IMG/VR virus record: IMGVR_UViG_3300037149_000100
Strand: one strand, 5' to 3'
Length of the DNA: 64,000 nt
From: a virus
This document shows, one piece after another, positions 57,454 through 64,000 of this stretch (position 1 is the stretch's first letter; each line of letters opens with the position of its first letter). Under the pieces are notes generated by a model. It saw only the letters and a list, made by a program, of their open reading frames with translations, did not search any database and was not told the DNA's origin. The translations under genes and the position numbers were made by a program.

Positions 57454-59155
57454 TAAACCCACAATTCAAACCAATCCATTTGCTTACGCAGGATTAAAAA
57501 ACGCCATCTCTTATGCGTCCAACTCTCCGGCTGCCTCCACCCATGACGGTTTTCCCCAGGTTACGATGCAACCTATCGCCTTTGGTGGACAGCCCCCTAC
57601 GGGACAAGACTTTAATGGTATTTTCAATTTTATAACTGCATCTCAAGTCTGGACTAATTGTGGTGGCTATTGGTGGTATGACTCGAATTTTGCCAATACG
57701 ATTGGTTACCCCATTGGGGCAGTTTTGACGACAAATGATTTAGGCTATGAGTTTGCCTGCATTGAAGACGGAACCGCTGTGGACCCCAATGTTAGTGGTC
57801 CTGATGGCACCAATTGGGCTTCTTGGGGCGGCTTGGTATCTGGAGCCTTGAGACATGTTCAGGACACAGGTTTACTAAATGCTTTAGTGATTACAACCAA
57901 ACCTATCGTTACCAAACTTTACGATGGCATGAGTTTCAGTGTAGTGGTGAAGAACACCATCACTGGGGCCTGCACGTTGAATGTAGGTACTGGGGCAATC
58001 GCCATTGTTCGCTCAGATGGCTCTACCCCGCACCCAAATGATATGGTAGCGGGTGGGTGCTATGAGTTTGTGTATGATAAGACTCAAAATAAGTTCTTTG
58101 TTGGTTCCAGTGTAGCGGGGGCAACCGGCTCAACTGGACCCACTGGGGCTCAGGGACAGACTGGCAAGACCGGATTGACCGGAGCCACAGGGTTGACAGG
58201 GTTGACCGGACAGAGTGGCTATACTGGACCCACTGGAGCAGCTGGCCTTACTGGAATGACAGGTTTGACTGGCCTTACTGGTCTTACTGGTCTTACCGGG
58301 CAGAGTGGTTATACTGGTTACACCGGACCCACCGGAGCCATTGGTTACACCGGACCCACCGGAGCCACCGGCCTTACTGGGTACACTGGACCCACTGGGG
58401 CTCAGGGTGTGGTCGGACCCAGTATGGGGGTTCAGGGTGCTCGTAGTGCACTCAAAATTTATACCACCGGGACTAATAGCAACGTATACATCTCCTTCAA
58501 GCAGCTGGTGGTTGCCTCCTCTTCCTATGTTCCTGTAGTTCTTAGTGCCAATTCCGTAGTGTTAAACTCTGCCTCCTCTGGGGTAAACGGGAGAGACTCG
58601 AATACCACCCTCTACTCCTCTACTTTCTATGATGTTTATGTTATTTCTGATGATTACAGCGCTGCTGCTCTGGCCACTTACGCCGGGACTACACCAGTCT
58701 TACCCTCACCCTTTGTCTACTCTGCCAGGGTGGGCACCTTCCTTACGGACAGTACTACTAACGCCTTCCCCCTCTCCATATTACAGATTAATGATCGCAC
58801 AACTTATGTGGTCACCCCTGGGACAAACTTACCATCCCCACTTGTCATAGCCTCCGGAGTAACCTCTGGAGCATCTGTGCCAGTAAAGGGCGTCTGTGTT
58901 CCACCTTCTGCAATAGAAATAGACCTAGGGATTTACGGCATCTTCTCCGGAGGACAAGGTATCTGGGCCGCACCTAGCTCAAGTTACTCCTCCTACCTCA
59001 CTGCTCCTCTCTATCTTAGTTGCAATGGCTCTTCTAGTGTGAGGGGACCGTGGGCGATAAGGGAAATGATGATGTTAGAGAACAGCTATGTTCAGTGGGG
59101 GAGCAGCGATGGGAGTGCCCAACTTCGCTGTGGGGGGTACAGGGACACGTTCTAA
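57440..59155 (+). CDS. Tail fibre protein with collagen-like domain
   Basis: N-terminal [28 protein letters not shown] fibre anchor; G-X-T triplet run; globular tip. Confidence 0.8.
   Translation: MSAVSKPTIQTNPFAYAGLKNAISYASNSPAASTHDGFPQVTMQPIAFGGQPPTGQDFNGIFNFITASQVWTNCGGYWWYDSNFANTIGYPIGAVLTTNDLGYEFACIEDGTAVDPNVSGPDGTNWASWGGLVSGALRHVQDTGLLNALVITTKPIVTKLYDGMSFSVVVKNTITGACTLNVGTGAIAIVRSDGSTPHPNDMVAGGCYEFVYDKTQNKFFVGSSVAGATGSTGPTGAQGQTGKTGLTGATGLTGLTGQSGYTGPTGAAGLTGMTGLTGLTGLTGLTGQSGYTGYTGPTGAIGYTGPTGATGLTGYTGPTGAQGVVGPSMGVQGARSALKIYTTGTNSNVYISFKQLVVASSSYVPVVLSANSVVLNSASSGVNGRDSNTTLYSSTFYDVYVISDDYSAAALATYAGTTPVLPSPFVYSARVGTFLTDSTTNAFPLSILQINDRTTYVVTPGTNLPSPLVIASGVTSGASVPVKGVCVPPSAIEIDLGIYGIFSGGQGIWAAPSSSYSSYLTAPLYLSCNGSSSVRGPWAIREMMMLENSYVQWGSSDGSAQLRCGGYRDTF
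58118..58440 (+). repeat. Coding collagen-like (G-X-T) repeat
   Basis: About 35 triplets such as GLT, GPT, GYT and GAT. Confidence 0.9.
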
Positions 59156-59164
59156 CCAATTTTC

Positions 59165-59173
59165 GAGTAATAG
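59165..59173 (+). promoter_or_regulatory. Class-A motif GAGTAWTAK, 5 nt before the SbcC-like ATG
   Basis: GAGTAATAG-GTTAG-ATG with no SD. Confidence 0.6.
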
Positions 59174-59178
59174 GTTAG

Positions 59179-59865
59179 ATGGACTTCAACTCTCAATTCG
59201 AATCTGTGCGCTCCGGTCTGCTCACCGAACAGACCATTCTTCAACGTAACCAAGCCAAAATTGATGACCTGGAAGCCCAGAAAGTCATGAATACGAAGGC
59301 TTTGGGCATCATCGACAAGGCCATTCAGGTCATCAGCGCCAACGGCATTGGCAAGGTAGAGTCCATTGTGTCAGACGGGCTGAAGCTGGTTTTTAACCAA
59401 GATATCCAACTTGTGATCGAACGGAAGGAAGGGGCCAGGGGTGACTCATACCGTCTCATGGTCCAAGAGGGGGATGTGATCGGACCCCCAATCGATACAA
59501 TGGGCGGAGGTGTGGTCAATGTGATATCCTTCCTACTCAGAGTGATCATGATCCAGCGGTTCAAACTGAACAAATTGATCGTCTTGGACGAGGCTTTTAA
59601 CAACGTGTCCTCCGACCGGCTACCAAAGGTCTCAGAGATGCTGAAATCACTCTGTGACGATCACGATTACACCATTCTGTCAATTACTCAGCAGCCTTTG
59701 CTGGCATGTGCGGCAGACCGAGTATTGAGTGTAGAGACGGGGCCGCTCCTCAGAGAGCTTACCTCCGATGAACTGGATGAATTGAGGGCAAATGGCTCAA
59801 ATCAAAGTAAAGTCCGAACCAGAGATTCTAGCAAGGTTGCAGGAACTGTTGCAACGACATCGTAA
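59179..59865 (+). CDS. C-terminal half of an SbcC/Rad50/gp46-like ABC ATPase
   Basis: Coiled coil, signature-like MGGG, Walker B LIVLDEAF, SITQ; no Walker A. Confidence 0.8.
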   Translation: MDFNSQFESVRSGLLTEQTILQRNQAKIDDLEAQKVMNTKALGIIDKAIQVISANGIGKVESIVSDGLKLVFNQDIQLVIERKEGARGDSYRLMVQEGDVIGPPIDTMGGGVVNVISFLLRVIMIQRFKLNKLIVLDEAFNNVSSDRLPKVSEMLKSLCDDHDYTILSITQQPLLACAADRVLSVETGPLLRELTSDELDELRANGSNQSKVRTRDSSKVAGTVATTS

Positions 59866-60181
59866 ACGCTTTGTCAAGACCAGATTGAAACCTAACGGAT
59901 CCAACTGTGCTCATAAAGTGTGGGACGATGCTGCGAAGGAATGGTTTTGCGAAGGGTGTGGGAGTAGAGACCCTGAGGTTTGTTTGAATCCCATGTGCTT
60001 TGAGGCTGAGTTCACCAAAGAAGAGCTTGCTGAAGCGTTTCGAAATGATATTTGTAACACCCAGCGGATGCTTCGTGATTATCGTGATGTGGCCACACTT
60101 TTGTGGGTGCTTTCACAATTTTCCCCCACTTCCGACTATGAGCAGACCAAGGAGTCTTTGCTTGGTATGGAGCAAAAATGA
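59792..60181 (+). CDS. Hypothetical Cys-containing protein
   Basis: GAGG SD; 129 aa. Confidence 0.65.
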   Translation: MAQIKVKSEPEILARLQELLQRHRKRFVKTRLKPNGSNCAHKVWDDAAKEWFCEGCGSRDPEVCLNPMCFEAEFTKEELAEAFRNDICNTQRMLRDYRDVATLLWVLSQFSPTSDYEQTKESLLGMEQK

Positions 60182-60273
60182 AAAATGAGCCTATACGAAT
60201 TGCCGATGCGGCGGGTATAATAGCTGTAGTGGCAGTTTTGCTGGCCGCTCACTTCCTCCTGCATTGGATCTGA
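60178..60273 (+). CDS. 31-aa membrane peptide (not in ORF track)
   Basis: GGAG SD, ATGA overlap; hydrophobic AAGIIAVVAVLLAAHFLLHWI. Confidence 0.4.
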   Translation: MKNEPIRIADAAGIIAVVAVLLAAHFLLHWI

Positions 60274-60274
60274 C

Positions 60275-61276
60275 ATGAAAACACTGGTCAAAACAATCTA
60301 CGGCTCCAAGCTGTTCGGCACCGCCCTCCCCGCTTCAGATACGGACTTCAAGTCTGTGTTTGTCTGTGACATGGAGGAACTGGTCTTCGGGAAGACCGCT
60401 ACCCAGAACACCGTCGAAGGGGTGGGCAGTCAGAAAGTGGAGTCGGAGGCTCACCACATCTCTCACTTCTGCCGAATGCTTAAGCAGGGTCAAACCCTGG
60501 CCTACAGTATGCTTTTCACTCCCGATCATGCGGTGGTGGAGACCTCTGATGCGTGGAAAGAACTGGTGGAGAATAAGAGTCGGTTGGTGAGCAAGAATCT
60601 CCGGCCCTTCGTTGGCTACGCTCGGAGTCAGGCCCAGAAGTACAGCCTGAAGGGCGAACGGCTCCGAACCCTTGATCACTTTATTGAAGACATCAAAATG
60701 TCCCTGGACGAAAAAGAAGTCACACGAGAGGGGCGGCTCCACGAATCCGCTTTCTGTGGCCTCCAGGAGCACTATAAGGATTCTGAGGGGGCTCGTCTCT
60801 GGACTGAGCACACGGTCAACATGGATGTTCGGCACATCGAGATCTGTGGTAAATCCTTTGGTGAGACCACTCCGTTGAAGCTGTGGCTGAAGCCCCTTCT
60901 AGACCTTCGTAATCGTTATGGGGGTCGCTCTCAACAGGCCAAAGAGGACAACGGAACAGATTTAAAGGCAATGTACCACAGCGTTCGTATTGCTAGTGAG
61001 ATGAATGAAATCCTCACCACCGGCAATCTGACTTACCCCAGGCCGGAGGCTGCACTTCTCCTAGATATTCGCAATGGCAAGCTGACGAATCGTGAGGTTG
61101 GTGATATTATCGACCGTCTCATTTGCACTGGTGATGAGTTGTTTGAAACCTCCACTCTTCGGGACAGACCTGATGACGAATGGTTGGATGACTGGCAGCT
61201 TCGCACTCAAGGGGATGCGGCTTTCTGGGCTTGGGCTGACCGTAACTCCATGGTGACACCCAATGCGCGTTCCTGA
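60275..61276 (+). CDS. Pol-beta superfamily nucleotidyltransferase (NrdC.11/RlaP-like)
   Basis: YGSKLFGT..SDTDFK, FVGYARSQ, DLKAMYHSVR, LLDIRNG. Confidence 0.85.
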   Translation: MKTLVKTIYGSKLFGTALPASDTDFKSVFVCDMEELVFGKTATQNTVEGVGSQKVESEAHHISHFCRMLKQGQTLAYSMLFTPDHAVVETSDAWKELVENKSRLVSKNLRPFVGYARSQAQKYSLKGERLRTLDHFIEDIKMSLDEKEVTREGRLHESAFCGLQEHYKDSEGARLWTEHTVNMDVRHIEICGKSFGETTPLKLWLKPLLDLRNRYGGRSQQAKEDNGTDLKAMYHSVRIASEMNEILTTGNLTYPRPEAALLLDIRNGKLTNREVGDIIDRLICTGDELFETSTLRDRPDDEWLDDWQLRTQGDAAFWAWADRNSMVTPNARS

Positions 61277-61442
61277 CCCAATCGAACTCTCAGAGGCACG
61301 AATAGACCGGCTGATGGCTCTGTTTGTTGACGAGCACACTTGCATGGCATGTGGCAAGCACGTAGACTATGAGTTGTATTGCATGTCTCCTCTGGGGGAT
61401 GGCCCATGCGTTTGCATGGAGTGCGCGGGGGTTAACGAGTAG
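61263..61442 (+). CDS. 59-aa zinc-finger protein (not in ORF track)
   Basis: MRVPDPIE...CMACG...CMECAG; fills the gap between neighbours. Confidence 0.55.
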   Translation: MRVPDPIELSEARIDRLMALFVDEHTCMACGKHVDYELYCMSPLGDGPCVCMECAGVNE

Positions 61443-61445
61443 CTT

Positions 61446-62174
61446 ATGACCTTCTATTGGCGAGACGAGTGGTGGAACAAAGACCTGAATGAGTTGAGGT
61501 CCAGAACAGAGAAGCTATATGAGAAAATAGGTCGGGACATGTGGCAAGTCACGGCTGAAAAAATGATTGCACTTCGAGGCTGGAAAGTTAAGGAGTCTGA
61601 GGTTATTCCAGTCCTTCAGGAATTGGGGGTGTATTACGTCCCCAAGAAAATGGTACCCGGCCCCCTGTATGTGTTCCCCAAGGTAGACGCCGCAGGACAC
61701 GTGACCTCCGCTCAGACTAAACCCCTCCATGAACTGTTTGGCCCCGGCAAGTACCACACGCTGGGGGTGAGTCAGAAAGTCTTCCTGGGACCTACCTGGA
61801 TAGGTAACTCAGATGCAACCCTGGAGAAGATTCTTAGACTGCACTCTGTCACCCTGGTAGAGGGTCCGTTTGATTTAGTAGCCGCAAAGATACTCGCACC
61901 CAATTTGCCTATCATGTCTTCGCTTACAAAATCTGTTGGCGATAAGCACATGGCTTATCTTAAAATACTGGGAGTGAAACGCCTCTACCTGCTGTTTGAT
62001 CATGATGAGGCGGGAGAGAAATCCAAAATAATTCTTCAGAAAGTCCTTGACATTAAGGTAGAGGCGATTGGGGAATGCCCAGGAGATGACCCATCTGGTG
62101 CGTTGAAAACGGTGGGTACAAAACTGGCTCTCCGTCGAGTATTAAAGACCATAGAAGAGGAACATGATGATTGA
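61446..62174 (+). CDS. Stand-alone TOPRIM (primase catalytic core-like) protein
   Basis: LVEGPFD, LLFDHDEAG and DP motifs; no zinc finger. Confidence 0.8.
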   Translation: MTFYWRDEWWNKDLNELRSRTEKLYEKIGRDMWQVTAEKMIALRGWKVKESEVIPVLQELGVYYVPKKMVPGPLYVFPKVDAAGHVTSAQTKPLHELFGPGKYHTLGVSQKVFLGPTWIGNSDATLEKILRLHSVTLVEGPFDLVAAKILAPNLPIMSSLTKSVGDKHMAYLKILGVKRLYLLFDHDEAGEKSKIILQKVLDIKVEAIGECPGDDPSGALKTVGTKLALRRVLKTIEEEHDD

Positions 62175-62532
62175 TTCTATCCCCCTACTCAGAGGAGCCC
62201 TTTATAAGGTCTTCAAACACCGTGACACAGCGGAGATGATGGATGTATTCATCTCTGGAGAGTGCAGTCGTTACTGGATTTACAACCTCACTTTGGAGGA
62301 TGGAACCATCACTCCATTTATTGACTACTCCCTTCAAGATGGCGGCGGGTGGTTAAACACAGGTTGCTCCTACGCCGATTTCGTAGCTGCTGTAGACGTT
62401 ATAATTTCTACATGGCCCCTCTCTGAAGATATCAAAACAATTCTTGAAAATGAAAAATCCAGGCTTGCGAAATTGATGCAAGAGAGTATCAGTAATAGCA
62501 AGCCTAATTCACTGCCCAAGGAGGCAAAATGA
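62164..62532 (+). CDS. Hypothetical protein
   Basis: GAGGA SD; 122 aa. Confidence 0.65.
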   Translation: MMIDSIPLLRGALYKVFKHRDTAEMMDVFISGECSRYWIYNLTLEDGTITPFIDYSLQDGGGWLNTGCSYADFVAAVDVIISTWPLSEDIKTILENEKSRLAKLMQESISNSKPNSLPKEAK

Positions 62533-62687
62533 GTAACGTAGCAAAGTTTTTCTATTCAGTCGGCGGAGTGGCGGTCGTCACTCTCGGTTCTTGGCTGATC
62601 GGCACCGGCCTAGTCCACGGTTTGATTGCGGGTGTGGTCCTCTGCATCGCAGCCCACATTTATATCAAAGTTATGGCGAAGGGGTAA
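62529..62687 (+). CDS. 52-aa two-TM membrane protein (not in ORF track)
   Basis: AGGAGG SD, ATGA overlap; two hydrophobic segments. Confidence 0.6.
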   Translation: MSNVAKFFYSVGGVAVVTLGSWLIGTGLVHGLIAGVVLCIAAHIYIKVMAKG

Positions 62688-62693
62688 AATAAA

Positions 62694-64000
62694 ATGATTT
62701 TTTGTAAAGGAACCTGGACCCTGCTGAAATTAGTGCAGGGTGATGGGGGTGTGACCCCATTGGAAGCCTTCAAGACAGCGTTTGAAGCCGCTGGATCTCG
62801 CTACATTCCTCTTGTGGCCATTAGCGAGGCTATTCACGAGAAGTCTTCTACGATTGGTCTCGCTCCCTTCCAACGGCCCCGCATGGGGGATCTGGAAGAT
62901 ATCGAGTTCTACGTGGATAAAACTGGCAAGGACTTTAAATCTGAGGATTTGGGGTGTTTCATCAACAACCAGTCCAACCTCCGTGAATGGGAAATGGCCG
63001 ATAATAAACTGTCATCGGGGTATATTCACATTCCCTTGGAGCCCTTCTGGGAGCCGGATATTAATCAGTGGGCCTTCACCCCTGGTGTGTATGGCATGTG
63101 GGTGATGATGTTCGAGTACATCGATGCGATGGATGTAAACAGCAAGAAGGAGCATCTGGCCTACAACTATGGAGCCCCCTTCAAGTTCCAGTCTGCGGAT
63201 ATCAAGAAGCAGATCACCGAACAGGTAGAGGACATCAACACTTTCGTCCGTAAGCACCATCAGGTGATAATTGACTTCAATATGGGTTACATCTGGATCA
63301 GTAGCGGTGCGAAGGCAATCCTCGAACCCATCATGACCCTGCTGGATGAGATGGGGTTGATTTTCGAAACCCCCACCGATCTGGTGGGAGACATCGGCCA
63401 GGATGACATCACTGATGCGCTGGAAGCCCTCTACAACACTTCCGTGATCAAGGATGATGTGGTACGTCGGTTGGAGGAGTTCAAGCTCCACGGGGCCGAT
63501 GGGGTGGAACCGGACTCTAATGCGGTGATGGAGAAGATCCTGAAGGCGTATTGTGCGTTCAGCGAGACTCAAGGATTCCATGTCGGTATGTCCGCACCCC
63601 TGGCACTTTTCCTGGAGCCTTGCTTCCTCTCCCCTACCTCAGCGAGGAGCACGTACGAGGTTACTGAACTCCTCAACACCCATGAGTCGGCTCGGGTTGC
63701 GGTGGCAGATATCACGTTCTGCCATTACAATGACCGCACCACCAAGAGTGGGGAGACCAGGAAGTTCCTGGAGAAGTTGTTTAGCATCCAGGCATCTCCA
63801 GGCATGTTCCATAAAGACCTTCCAGGTCTCATTGTGCGTGGTCTGAACATTGATAACTACAGGCGTTCGATTAAGACGCACATTAAGGCAACAGGAAATG
63901 CTCCGACGATTGCAGAGTATTGGAAGATGAGCTACGATTCGATGAAAGAAGCCATTTTCACTTATTATTCGGTCCTCAAGGACATCAAAGAATCCAAGTA
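62694..64000 (+). CDS. Partial CDS running off the window; possibly RdgC-like
   Basis: Open frame from ATG 62694 (MIFCKGTWTLL...); TFVRKHHQVIIDFNMGYIWISSGAKAILEPIMTLL resembles RdgC. Confidence 0.5.
   Translation, partial: MIFCKGTWTLLKLVQGDGGVTPLEAFKTAFEAAGSRYIPLVAISEAIHEKSSTIGLAPFQRPRMGDLEDIEFYVDKTGKDFKSEDLGCFINNQSNLREWEMADNKLSSGYIHIPLEPFWEPDINQWAFTPGVYGMWVMMFEYIDAMDVNSKKEHLAYNYGAPFKFQSADIKKQITEQVEDINTFVRKHHQVIIDFNMGYIWISSGAKAILEPIMTLLDEMGLIFETPTDLVGDIGQDDITDALEALYNTSVIKDDVVRRLEEFKLHGADGVEPDSNAVMEKILKAYCAFSETQGFHVGMSAPLALFLEPCFLSPTSARSTYEVTELLNTHESARVAVADITFCHYNDRTTKSGETRKFLEKLFSIQASPGMFHKDLPGLIVRGLNIDNYRRSIKTHIKATGNAPTIAEYWKMSYDSMKEAIFTYYSVLKDIKESK

Noticed and set aside
1-64000. Stop-codon reassignment
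   Set aside because: Core genes are full length under code 11, and TAA, TAG and TGA all terminate genes at sensible boundaries

Overview
This window is a 64-kb slice of a large, probably jumbo-class, contractile-tailed dsDNA phage genome read with the standard genetic code. The host cannot be determined from this window. It carries a dispersed virion module: putative neck and tail-completion proteins, a 1290-aa tail sheath, tail tube, prohead protease, scaffold, head-decoration-like protein, major capsid protein, TerL, portal, an Ig/FN3-rich protein and a collagen-like tail fibre. Interleaved are DNA-metabolism genes: UvrD/PcrA helicase, dNMP kinase, family A DNA polymerase, separately encoded primase zinc-finger and TOPRIM proteins, a half SbcC/Rad50 ATPase, a nucleotidyltransferase and an RdgC-like ORF. 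It also holds three sigma-like proteins, three homing endonucleases and a four-domain MTase-GT2-TPR-GT9 enzyme. Structure not visible in the ORF track: (1) an ORF-less group I intron (about 24498-24778) in the gene before the capsid gene, back-to-back with a free-standing GIY-YIG gene; (2) a recurring [K/R]-x-A(A/S) motif punctuating head-module proteins and many unknown proteins, suggesting protease-processed, virion-packaged cargo and polyproteins; (3) three dispersed copies of a 26-aa repeat gene with shuffled units; (4) two candidate phage promoter motifs that largely sort by gene class; (5) an FN3 domain split across two genes, an apparent ACG start codon and a 110-nt tRNA-like element. 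All functional calls come from motif recognition by eye; no searches or computations were run.
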